A stretch of DNA of 64,000 bases from Ranitomeya imitator (taxonomy: Eukaryota): the NCBI RefSeq assembly GCF_032444005.1, contig NC_091285.1:2232001-2296000 (forward strand), in the 5' to 3' direction. Positions 48,264 through 59,800 of the stretch are shown here, one piece after another. How positions within the stretch are numbered: the stretch's first letter is position 1; each line of letters starts with the position of its first letter. Both the position numbers and the translations under genes were made by a program. Below the pieces are notes generated by a model. It had not been told where the DNA came from. It was given only the letters and a program-made list of their open reading frames with translations, and made no database searches.

Positions 48264-50407
48264 ATGGGGGGAGAGCATGGTCGGTGTGGGGGGGGGGGGG
48301 GAAGAGCACGGTCGGTGTGGGGGGGGAAGAGAGCACGGTCTGTGTGTGGGGAGAGGAGAGCGCAGTCGGTGGGGGGGGAAGCACGGTGTGTGTGTGTGTG
48401 TTGGGGAGAGCACAGTCGGTGTGGGAGGAAGCATGGTGTGTGCGCGGGGGGGGGGCACGGTCAGTGTGGGAGGAAGCATGGTGTGGGGGGCACGGTCGGT
48501 GTGTGGGGGTCGGGAGAGCACGGTCGGTGGGGGGGGGGGGGGAAGCACGGTGTGTGTGTGTTGGGGAGAGCACAGTTGGTGTGGGAGGAAGCATGGTGTG
48601 TGCGCGGGGGGGGGGGCACGGTCAGTGTGGGAGGAAGCATGGTGTGGGGGGAGGGGGGCATCGTCGGTGTGTGGGGGTCGGGAGAGCACGGTCGGTGTGG
48701 GGGGGGGAAGCACGGTGTGTGTGTGTTGGGGAGAGCACAGTCGGTGTGGGAGGAAGCATGGTGTGTGCGCGGGGGGGGGCACGGTCAGTGTGGGAGGAAG
48801 CATGGTGTGGGGGGAGGGGGGCACGGTCGGTGTGTGGGGGTCGGGAGAGCACGGTCGGTGTGTGGGGGTCGGGAGAGCACGGTCGGTGGGGGGGGGGAAG
48901 CACGGTGTGTGTGTGTTGGGGAGAGCACAGTTGGTGTGGGAGGAAGCATGGTGTGTGCGCGGGGGGGGGGGGCACGGTCAGTGTGGGAGGAAGCATGGTG
49001 TGTGCGGGGGGGGGGGGGGGCACGGTCAGTGTGGGAGGAAGCATGGTGTGGGGGGAGGGGGGCATCGTCGGTGTGTGGGGGTCGGGAGAGCACGGTCGGT
49101 GTGGGGGGGGGAAGCACGGTGTGTGTGTGTTGGGGAGAGCACAGTCGGTGTGGGAGGAAGCATGGTGTGTGCGCGGGGGGGGGCACGGTCAGTGTGGGAG
49201 GAAGCATGGTGTGGGGGGAGGGGGGCACGGTCGGTGGGGGGGGGTCGGGAGAGCACGGTCGGTGGGGGGGAAGCACGGTGTGTGTGTGTTGGGGAGAGCA
49301 CAGTTGGTGTGGGAGGAAGAATGGTGTGGGGGGAGGGGGGCACGGTCGGTGTGTGGGGGCGGGAGACCACGGTCAGTGTGTGGGGGTCGGGAGAGCATGG
49401 TCGGGGGGGGGGGGGGTAAGCACGGTGTGTGTGTTGGGGAGAGCAGTGTCGGCGTGGGAGGAAGCATGGTGTGTGCGCGGGGGGGGCACGGTCAGTGTGG
49501 GAGGAAGCATGGTGTGGGGGGAGGGGGGCACGGTCGGTGTGTGGGGGTCGGGAGAGCACGGTCGGTGGGGGGGGAAGCACGGTGTGTTGGGGAGAGCACA
49601 GTTGGTGTGGGAGGAAGCATGGTGTGGGGGGAGGGGGCACGGTCGGTGTGTGGTGGTCGGGAGAGCACGGTCGGTGGGGAAGCACGGTGCGTGTTGGGGA
49701 GAGCACAGTCGGTGTGGGAGGAAGCATGGTGTGGGGGGAGGGGGGCACGGTCGGTGTGTGGGGGGAAGCACGGTGTGTGTGTGTTGGGGAGAGCACAGTC
49801 GGTGTGGGAGGAAGCATGGTGTGGGGGGAAGCACGGTGTGTGTGTGTTGGGGAGAGCACAGTCGGTGTGGGAGGAAGCATGGTGTGGGGGGAGGGGGCAC
49901 GGTCGGTGTGTGGTGGTCGGGAGAGCACGGTCGGTGGGGAAGCACGGTGCGTGTTGGGGAGAGCACAGTCGGTGTGGGAGGAAGCATGGTGTGGGGGGAG
50001 GGGGGCACGGTCGGTGTGTGGGGGGAAGCACGGTGTGTGTGTGTTGGGGAGAGCACAGTCGGTGTGGGAGGAAGCATGGTGTGGGGGGAAGCACGGTGTG
50101 TGTGTTGGGGAGAGCACAGTCGGTGTGGGAGGAAGCATGGTGTGGGGGGAGGGGGCACGGTCGGTGTGTGGTGGTCGGGAGAGCACGGTCGGTGGGGAAG
50201 CACGGTGCGTGTTGGGGAGAGCACAGTCGGCGTGGGAGGAAGCATGGTGTGGGGGGGGCACGGTCGGTGTGGGAGGAAGCATGGTGTGGGGGGGGGCACG
50301 GTCGGTGTGTGGGGGGAAGCACGGTGTGTGTGTGTTGGGGAGAGCACAGTCGGTGTGGGAGGAAGCATGGTGTGTGCGCGGGGGGGGGGGGCACGGTCGG
50401 TGTGGGG
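48264..50407. repeat. G-rich compound tandem array (~2.1 kb)
   Basis: Modules GAGAGCACAGTCGGTGTGGGAGGAAGCATGGTGTG and GGGGGCACGGTCGGTGTG with long G runs. Confidence 0.95.
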
Positions 50408-50439
50408 TGAGATCACGGTCACGCAGCTCCATCGTCCTC

Positions 50440-50617
50440 CTCAGATCTGTCACCTCACCTCAGAATGAGCGGGAAGGCGGGTGATACTTGTGGGGGCGTG
50501 GCTAGAATGCCCTCAGTGAAAGCCGCGCTCTGTGATTGGCCGGCTACTGCCAGTGAGCGGGAGCGCGCTGCGCGGTCTGTCCCAGCAGGCAGTGCGCGTC
50601 CCCGCTCCGTGACAGAC
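50440..50617 (+). promoter_or_regulatory. PLEKHA5: CpG-rich promoter / 5' UTR of PLEKHA5
   Basis: GC box GGGGCGTGGC at 50493-50502, inverted CCAAT box (GATTGG) at 50534-50539, and high CpG density immediately before the ATG. Confidence 0.7.
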
Positions 50618-50709
50618 ATGGCGGCGGATCCGAGCCTGGAGTGGGTCAGCTCCCTGCCCTGGGCGTGGGGCTACGGCATCTCCGCGGGCGGCAGAGTCTT
50701 CTTCATCAA
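50618..50709 (+). CDS. PLEKHA5: PLEKHA5 coding exon 1 (first half of WW domain 1)
   Basis: MAADPSLEWVSSLPWAWGYGISAGGRVFFI(N), then donor AA|GTAACC. It matches my recollection of the vertebrate PLEKHA5 N-terminus MAADLNLEWISLPRSWTYGITRGGRVFFIN. Confidence 0.93.
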
Positions 50710-50785
50710 GTAACCGGGGCTCCGGGGGGAGGAGAGGAGACTGCGGCCCGGACCGCGCTCACTCATGTGTCTGCTCTCCCCACAG

Positions 50786-50862
50786 TGAGGAAGCTCAGAG
50801 CACGACCTGGCTGCACCCGGCGACCGGGGAGACCGTGCTGACCGGACACCGGAAGAGCCCCG
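50786..50862 (+). CDS. PLEKHA5: PLEKHA5 coding exon 2
   Basis: Acceptor CCCACAG|T; EEAQSTTWLHPATGETVLTGHRKSP; donor G|GTGAGT. Phases are compatible with exon 1 across a 76-nt intron. Confidence 0.93.
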
Positions 50863-50878
50863 GTGAGTGCGAGCGGAT

Positions 50879-53800
50879 CTGTGTGCACGCTCCCCCTCTA
50901 TACAGCTGTGTGCGCGCTCCCCCTCTCTATACAGCTGTGTGCGCGCTCCCCCTGTATACAGCTGTGTGCGTGCTCCCCCTCTATACAGCTGTGTGCGCTC
51001 CCCCTCTATACAGCTGTGTGCGTGCTCCCCCTCTATACAGCTGTGTGCGCTCCCCCTCTATACAGCTGTGTGCGCTCCCCCTCTCTATACAGCTGTGTGT
51101 GCGTGCTCCCCCTCTATACAGCTGTGTGCGCTCCCCCTCTCTATACAGCTGTGTGCGCGCTCCCCCTGTATACAGCTGTGTGCGTGCTCCCCCTCTATAC
51201 AGCTGTGTGCGCTCCCCCTCTCTATACAGCTGTGTGCGCGCTCCCCCTGTATACAGCTGTGTGCGTGCTCCCCCTCTATACAGCTGTGTGCGTGCTCCCC
51301 CTCTATACAGCTGTGTGCGCTCCCCCTCTCTATACAGCTGTGTGTGCGTGCTCCCCCTCTATACAGCTGTGTGCGCTCCCCCTCTCTATACAGCTGTGTG
51401 CGCGCTCCCCCTGTATACAGCTGTGTGCGTGCTCCCCCTCTATACAGCTGTGTGCGTGCTCCCCCTCTATACAGCTGTGTGCGCTCCCCCTCTCTATACA
51501 GCTGTGTGTGCGCGCTCCCCCTGTATACAGCTGTGTGCGTGCTCCCCCTCTATACAGCTGTGTGCGTGCTCCCCCTCTCTATACAGCTGTGTGCGCGCTC
51601 CCCCTCTCTATACAGCTGTGTCCGCGCTCACCCTCTATACAGCTGTGTGTGCGCGCTCCCCCTCTATACAGCTGTGTGCGCTCCCCCTCTCTATACAGCT
51701 GTGTGTGCGCGCTCCCCCTGTATACAGCTGTGTGCGTGCTCCCCCTCTATACAGCTGTGTGCGTGCTCCCCCTCTCTATACAGCTGTGTGCGCGCTCCCC
51801 CTCTATACAGCTGTGTGCGCTCCCCCTCTCTATACAGCTGTGTGTGCGCGCTCCCCCTGTATACAGCTGTGTGCGTGCTCCCCCTCTATACAGCTGTGTG
51901 CGTGCTCCCCCTCTCTATACAGCTGTGTGCGTGCTCCCCCTCTATACAGCTGTGTGTGCGCGCTCCCCCTCTATACAGCTGTGTGCGTGCTCCCCCTGTA
52001 TACAGCTGTGTGTGCGCTCCCCCTCTATACAGCTGTGTGCGCGCTCCCCCTGTATACAGCTGTGTGTGCGCGCTCCCCCTCTCTATACAGCTGTGTGCGT
52101 GCTCCCCCTGTATACAGCTGTGTGCGCGCTCCCCCTCTATACAGCTGTGTGCGTGCTCCCCCTGTATACAGCTATGTGTGTGCGCGCTCCCCCTCTATAC
52201 AGCTGTGTGCGCGCTCCCCCTGTATACAGCTGTGTGTGCGCGCTCCCCCTCTCTATACAGCTGTGTGCGTGCTCCCCCTGTATACAGCTGTGTGTGCGCG
52301 CTCCCCCTCTATACAGCTGTGTGCGTGCTCCCCCTGTATACAGCTATGTGTGTGCGCTCCCCCTCTATACAGCTGTGTGCGCGCTCCCCCTGTATACAGC
52401 TGTGTGTGCGCGCTCCCCCTCTCTATACAGCTGTGTGCGTGCTCCCCCTGTATACAGCTGTGTGCGCGCTCCCCCTCTATACAGCTGTGTGCGTGCTCCC
52501 CCTGTATACAGCTATGTGTGTGCGCGCTCCCCCTCTATACAGCTGTGTGCGCGCTCCCCCTGTATACAGCTGTGTGTGCGCGCTCCCCCTCTCTATACAG
52601 CTGTGTGCGTGCTCCCCCTGTATACAGCTGTGTGCGCGCTCCCCCTCTCTATACAGCTGTGTGCGTGCTCCCCCTGTATACAGCTGTGTGCGCGCTCCCC
52701 CTCTCTATACAGCTGTGTGCGCGCTCCCCCTCTCTATACAGCTGTGTGCGCGCTCCCCCTGTATACAGCTGTGTGCGTGCTCCCCCTCTATACAGCTGTG
52801 TGCGTGCTCCCCCTGTATACAGCTATGTGTGTGCGCGCTCCCCCTCTATACAGCTGTGTGCGTGCTCCCCCTCTCTATACAGCTGTGTGTGCGCTCCCCC
52901 TGTATACAGCTGTGTGCGTGCTCCCCCTCTATACAGCTGTGTGCGTGCTCCCCCTGTATACAGCTATGTGTGTGCGCGCTCCCCCTCTATACAGCTGTGT
53001 GCGTGCTCCCCCTCTCTATACAGCTGTGTGCGCTCCCCCTGTATACAGCTGTGTGCGTGCTCCCCCTCTATACAGCTGTGTGCGTGCTCCCCCTGTATAC
53101 AGCTATGTGTGTGCGCGCTCCCCCTCTATACAGCTGTGTGCGTGCTCCCCCTCTCTATACAGCTGTGTGTGCGCTCCCCCTGTATACAGCTGTGTGCGCG
53201 CTCCCCCTGTATACAGCTGTGTGCGCGCTCCCCCTGTATACAGCTGTGTGCGTGCTCCCCCTCTCTATACAGCTGTGTGTGCGCTCCCCCTGTATACAGC
53301 TGTGTGTGTGCGCTCCCCCTCTATACAGCTGTGTGCGTGCTCCCCCTCTCTATACAGCTGTGTGCGCTCCCCCTGTATACAGCTGTGTGCGCGCTCCCCC
53401 TCTCTATACAGCTGTGTGTGCGCGTGCTCCCCCTGTATACAGCTGTGTGTGTGCGCTCCCCCTGTATACAGCTATGTGTGCGCGCTCCCCCTCTCTATAC
53501 AGCTGTGTGCGTGCTCCCCCTGTATACAGCTATGTGTGTGCGTGCTCCCCCTGTATACAGCTATGTGTGTGCGTGCTCCCCCTGTATACAGCTATGTGTG
53601 TGCGCTCCCCCTGTATACAGCTGTGTGTGCGTGCTCCCCCTCTATACAGCTGTGTGTGCGTGCTCCCCCTCTATACAGCTGTGTGCGCGCTCCCCCTCTC
53701 TATACAGCTGTGCGCTCCCCCTCTCTATACAGCTGTGTGCGCGCTCCCCCTCTCTATACAGCTGTGTGCGCGCTCCCCCTCTCTATACAGCTGTGTGCGC

Positions 53801-56800
53801 GCTCCCCCTCTCTATACAGCTGTGTGCGCGCTCCCCCTCTCTATACAGCTGTGTGTGCGCGCTCCCCCTCTATACAGCTGTGTGCGTGCTCCCCCTCTCT
53901 ATACAGCTGTGTGTGTGTGTGCGCTCCCCCTGTATACAGCTGTGTGCGTGCTCCCCCTGTATACAGCTATGTGTGTGCGTGCTCCCCCTGTATACAGCTA
54001 TGTGTGTGCGCTCCCCCTGTATACAGCTGTGTGTGCGTGCTCCCCCTCTATACAGCTGTGTGCGCGCTCCCCCTCTCTATACAGCTGTGTGCGCTCCCCC
54101 TCTATACAGCTGTGTGTGCGCGCTCCCCCTCTCTATACAGCTGTGTGTGTGCGCTCCCCCTCTCTATACAGCTGTGTGTGTGCGCGCTCCCCCTCTATAC
54201 AGCTGTGTGTGTGCGCGCTCCCCCTCTATACAGCTGTGTGCGCTCCCCCTGTATACAGCTGTGTGTGCGCGCTCCCCCTCTCTATACAGCTGTGTGTGTG
54301 CGCGCTCCCCCTCTATACAGCTGTGTGCGCGCTCCCCCTCTATACAGCTGTGTGTGTGCGCGCTCCCCCTCTCTATACAGCTGTGTGTGTGCGCGCTCCC
54401 CCTCTATACAGCTGTGTGTGCGCGCTCCCCCTCTATACAGCTGTGTGCGCGCTCCCCCTCTATACAGCTGTGTGCGCGCTCCCCCTCTATACAGCTGTGT
54501 GTGCGCGCTCCCCCTCTCTATACAGCTGTGTGTGTGCGCGCTCCCCCTCTATACAGCTGTGTGTGCGCGCTCCCCCTCTCTATACAGCTGTGTGTGTGCG
54601 CGCTCCCCCTCTATACAGCTGTGTGTGCGCGCTCCCCCTCTCTATACAGCTGTGTGTGTGCGCTCCCCCTCTCTATACAGCTGTGTGTGTGCGCTCCCCC
54701 TCTATACAGCTGTGTGTGTGCGCTCCCCCTCTCTATACAGCTGTGTGTGCGCGCTCCCCCTCTATACAGCTGTGTGTGTGCGCGCTCCCCCTCTATACAG
54801 CTGTGTGCGCGCTCCCCCTCTATACAGCTGTGTGTGCGCGCTCCCCCTCTATACAGCTGTGTGTGCGCTCCCCCTCTCTATACAGCTGTGTGTGTGCGCG
54901 CTCCCCCCTCTATACAGCTGTGTGTGCGCGCTCCCCCTCTCTATACAGCTGTGTGTGCGCGCTCCCCCTGTATACAGCTGTGTGTGCGCGCTCCCCCTCT
55001 CTATACAGCTGTGTGTGCGCTCCCCCTCTATACAGCTGTGTGTGTGCGCGCTCCCCCTGTATACAGCTGTGTGCGCGCTCCCCCTCTCTATGCGCGCTCC
55101 CCCTCTCTATACAGCTGTGTGTGCGTGCTCCCTCTGTATACAGCTGTGTGTGTGCTCCCCCTGTATACAGCTGTGTGTGCGCTCCCCCTCTCTATACAGC
55201 TGTGTGCGCGCTCCCCCTGTATACAGCTGTGTGTGAGCGCTCCCCCTCTCTATACAGCTGTGTGCGCGCTCCCCCTCTCTATACAGCTGTGTGCGCGCGC
55301 TCCCCCTGTATACAGCTGTGTGCGTGCTCCCCCTGTATACAGCTGTGTGTGTGCTCCCCCTGTATACAGCTGTGTGCGCGCGCTCCCCCTCTCTATACAG
55401 CTGTGTGCGCGCTCCCCCTCTATACAGCTGTGTGCGCGCTCCCCCTCTCTATACAGCTGTGTGTGTGCGCGCTCCCCCTCTATACAGCTGTGTGTGCGCT
55501 CCCCCTGTATACAGCTGTGTGTGTGTGCTCCCCCTCTCTATACAGCTGTGTGTGTGCGCGCTCCCCCTGTATACAGCTGTGTGTGTGCGCTCCCCCTCTA
55601 TACAGCTGTGTTTGTGCGCTCCCCCTCTATACAGCTGTGTGTGCGTGCTCCCCCTCTCTATACAGCTGTGTGTGTGCGCGCTCCCCCTCTATACAGCTGT
55701 GTGTGCGCGCTCCCCCTGTATACAGCTGTGTGTGTGTGCGTGCTCCCCCTGTATACAGCTGTGTGCGTGCTCCCCCTCTATACAGCTGTGTGTGCGTGCT
55801 CCCCCTCTATACAGCTGTGTGCGTGCTCCCCCTCTCTATACAGCTGTGTGTGCGCTCCCCCTGTATACAGCTGTGTGTGCGTGCTCCCCCTCTATACAGC
55901 TGTGTGTGCGTGCTCCCCCTCTATACAGCTGTGTGCGTGCTCCCCCTCTCTATACAGCTGTGTGTGCGCTCCCCCTGTATACAGCTGTGTGCGTGCTCCC
56001 CCTCTCTATACAGCTGTGTGTGTGCGCGCTCCCCCTCTATACAGCTGTGTGTGCGCGCTCCCCCTCTCTATACAGCTGTGTGTGTGCGCTCCCCCTCTCT
56101 ATACAGCTGTGTGTGTGCGCTCCCCCTCTATACAGCTGTGTGTGTGCGCTCCCCCTCTCTATACAGCTGTGTGTGCGCGCTCCCCCTCTATACAGCTGTG
56201 TGTGTGCGCGCTCCCCCTCTATACAGCTGTGTGCGCGCTCCCCCTCTATACAGCTGTGTGTGCGCGCTCCCCCTCTATACAGCTGTGTGTGCGCGCTCCC
56301 CCTCTCTATACAGCTGTGTGTGTGCGCGCTCCCCCTCTATACAGCTGTGTGTGCGCGCTCCCCCTCTCTATACAGCTGTGTGTGCGCGCTCCCCCTGTAT
56401 ACAGCTGTGTGTGCGCGCTCCCCCTCTCTATACAGCTGTGTGTGCGCTCCCCCTCTATACAGCTGTGTGTGTGCGCGCTCCCCCTGTATACAGCTGTGTG
56501 TGCGCGCTCCCCCTCTCTATGCGCGCTCCCCCTCTCTATACAGCTGTGTGTGCGTGCTCCCCCTGTATACAGCTGTGTGTGTGCTCCCCCTGTATACAGC
56601 TGTGTGTGCGCTCCCCCTCTCTATACAGCTGTGTGCGCGCTCCCCCTGTATACAGCTGTGTGTGAGCGCTCCCCCTCTCTATACAGCTGTGTGCGCGCTC
56701 CCCCTCTCTATACAGCTGTGTGCGCGCGCTCCCCCTGTATACAGCTGTGTGCGTGCTCCCCCTGTATACAGCTGTGTGTGTGCTCCCCCTGTATACAGCT

Positions 56801-59800
56801 GTGTGCGCGCGCTCCCCCTCTCTATACAGCTGTGTGCGCGCTCCCCCTCTATACAGCTGTGTGCGCGCTCCCCCTCTCTATACAGCTGTGTGTGCGCTCC
56901 CCCTGTATACAGCTGTGTGTGTGTGCTCCCCCTCTCTATACAGCTGTGTGTGTGCGCGCTCCCCCTGTATACAGCTGTGTGTGTGCGCGCTCCCCCTCTA
57001 TACAGCTGTGTTTGTGCGCTCCCCCTCTATACAGCTGTGTGTGCGTGCTCCCCCTCTCTATACAGCTGTGTGTGCGCGCTCCCCCTCTATACAGCTGTGT
57101 GTGCGCGCTCCCCCTGTATACAGCTGTGTGTGTGTGCGTGCTCCCCCTGTATACAGCTGTGTGCGTGCTCCCCCTCTATACAGCTGTGTGTGCGTGCTCC
57201 CCCTCTATACAGCTGTGTGCGTGCTCCCCCTCTCTATACAGCTGTGTGTGCGCTCCCCCTGTATACAGCTGTGTGTGCGTGCTCCCCCTCTATACAGCTG
57301 TGTGTGCGTGCTCCCCCTCTATACAGCTGTGTGCGTGCTCCCCCTCTCTATACAGCTGTGTGTGCGCTCCCCCTGTATACAGCTGTGTGCGTGCTCCCCC
57401 TCTATACAGCTGTGTGCGTGCTCCCCCTGTATACAGCTATGTGTGTGCGCGCTCCCCCTCTATACAGCTGTGTGCGTGCTCCCCCTCTCTATACAGCTGT
57501 GTGTGCGCTCCCCCTGTATACAGCTGTGTGCGCGCTCCCCCTGTATACAGCTGTGTGCGTGCTCCCCCTCTCTATACAGCTGTGTGTGCGCTCCCCCTGT
57601 ATACAGCTGTGTGTGTGCGCTCCCCCTCTCTATACAGCTGTGTGTGCGCGTGCTCCCCCTGTATACAGCTGTGTGTGTGCGCTCCCCCTGTATACAGCTA
57701 TGTGTGCGCGCTCCCCCTCTCTATACAGCTGTGTGCGTGCTCCCCCTGTATACAGCTATGTGTGTGCGTGCTCCCCCTGTATACAGCTATGTGTGTGCGT
57801 GCTCCCCCTGTATACAGCTATGTGTGTGCGCTCCCCCTGTATACAGCTGTGTGTGCGTGCTCCCCCTCTATACAGCTGTGTGTGCGTGCTCCCCCTCTAT
57901 ACAGCTGTGTGCGCGCTCCCCCTCTCTATACAGCTGTGTGCGCGCTCCCCCTCTCTATACAGCTGTGTGCGCGCTCCCCCTCTCTATACAGCTGTGTGCG
58001 CGCTCCCCCTCTCTATACAGCTGTGTGCGCGCTCCCCCTCTCTATACAGCTGTGTGCGCGCTCCCCCTCTCTATACAGCTGTGTGCGCGCTCCCCCTCTC
58101 TATACAGCTGTGTGCGCGCTCCCCCTCTCTATACAGCTGTGTGTGTGCGCGCTCCCCCTCTATACAGCTGTGTGCGTGCTCCCCCTCTCTATACAGCTGT
58201 GTGTGTGTGTGCGCTCCCCCTGTATACAGCTGTGTGCGTGCTCCCCCTGTATACAGCTATGTGTGTGCGTGCTCCCCCTGTATACAGCTATGTGTGTGCG
58301 CTCCCCCTGTATACAGCTGTGTGTGCGTGCTCCCCCTCTATACAGCTGTGTGCGCGCTCCCCCTCTCTATACAGCTGTGTGTGCGCTCCCCCTCTATACA
58401 GCTGTGTGTGCGCGCTCCCCCTCTCTATACAGCTGTGTGTGTGCGCGCTCCCCCTCTATACAGCTGTGTGTGCGCGCTCCCCCTCTATACAGCTGTGTGC
58501 GCGCTCCCCCTGTATACAGCTGTGTGTGCGCGCTCCCCCTCTCTATACAGCTGTGTGTGTGCGCGCTCCCCCTCTATACAGCTGTGTGCGCGCGCTCCCC
58601 CTCTATACAGCTGTGTGTGTGCGCTCCCCCTCTCTATACAGCTGTGTGTGTGCGCGCTCCCCCTCTATACAGCTGTGTGCGCGCTCCCCCTCTATACAGC
58701 TGTGTGCGCGCTCCCCCTCTATACAGCTGTGTGCGCGCTCCCCCTGTATACAGCTATGTGTGTGCGCGCTCCCCCTCTATACAGCTGTGTGCGTGCTCCC
58801 CCTCTCTATACAGCTGTGTGTGCGCTCCCCCTGTATACAGCTGTGTGCGCGCTCCCCCTGTATACAGCTGTGTGCGTGCTCCCCCTCTCTATACAGCTGT
58901 GTGTGCGCTCCCCCTGTATACAGCTGTGTGTGCGCTCCCCCTCTCTATACAGCTGTGTGTGCGCGTGCTCCCCCTGTATACAGCTGTGTGTGTGCGCTCC
59001 CCCTGTATACAGCTATGTGTGCGCGCTCCCCCTCTCTATACAGCTGTGTGCGTGCTCCCCCTGTATACAGCTATGTGTGTGCGTGCTCCCCCTGTATACA
59101 GCTATGTGTGTGCGTGCTCCCCCTGTATACAGCTATGTGTGGGCGCTCCCCCTGTATACAGCTGTGTGTGCGTGCTCCCCCTCTATACAGCTGTGTGTGC
59201 GTGCTCCCCCTCTATACAGCTGTGTGCGCGCTCCCCCTCTCTATACAGCTGTGTGCGCGCTCCCCCTCTCTATACAGCTGTGTGCGCGCTCCCCCTCTCT
59301 ATACAGCTGTGTGCGCGCTCCCCCTCTCTATACAGCTGTGTGCGCGCTCCCCCTCTCTATACAGCTGTGTGCGCGCTCCCCCTCTCTATACAGCTGTGTG
59401 TGTGCGCGCTCCCCCTCTATACAGCTGTGTGCGTGCTCCCCCTCTCTATACAGCTGTGTGTGTGTGTGCGCTCCCCCTGTATACAGCTGTGTGCGTGCTC
59501 CCCCTGTATACAGCTATGTGTGTGCGTGCTCCCCCTGTATACAGCTATGTGTGTGCGCTCCCCCTGTATACAGCTGTGTGTGCGTGCTCCCCCTCTATAC
59601 AGCTGTGTGCGCGCTCCCCCTCTATACAGCTGTGTGCGCGCTCCCCCTCTCTATACAGCTGTGTGTGTGCGCGCTCCCCCTCTATACAGCTGTGTGTGTG
59701 CGCTCCCCCTCTATACAGCTGTGTGCGCGCTCCCCCTGTATACAGCTGTGTGTGCGCGCTCCCCCTCTCTATACAGCTGTGTGTGTGCGCGCTCCCCCTC

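Noticed and set aside
48174-50484. Gly/Val/Cys-rich and Pro/His/Thr-rich ORFs of 300-734 aa
   Set aside because: These are translations of the G-rich array, open in most frames, with no domain.
50618-50862. PLEKHA7 or another WW-domain gene
   Set aside because: The MAAD.LEW start and EEA.STTWLHP.TGE.V.TGHR match PLEKHA5 as I recall it; PLEKHA7 begins differently.
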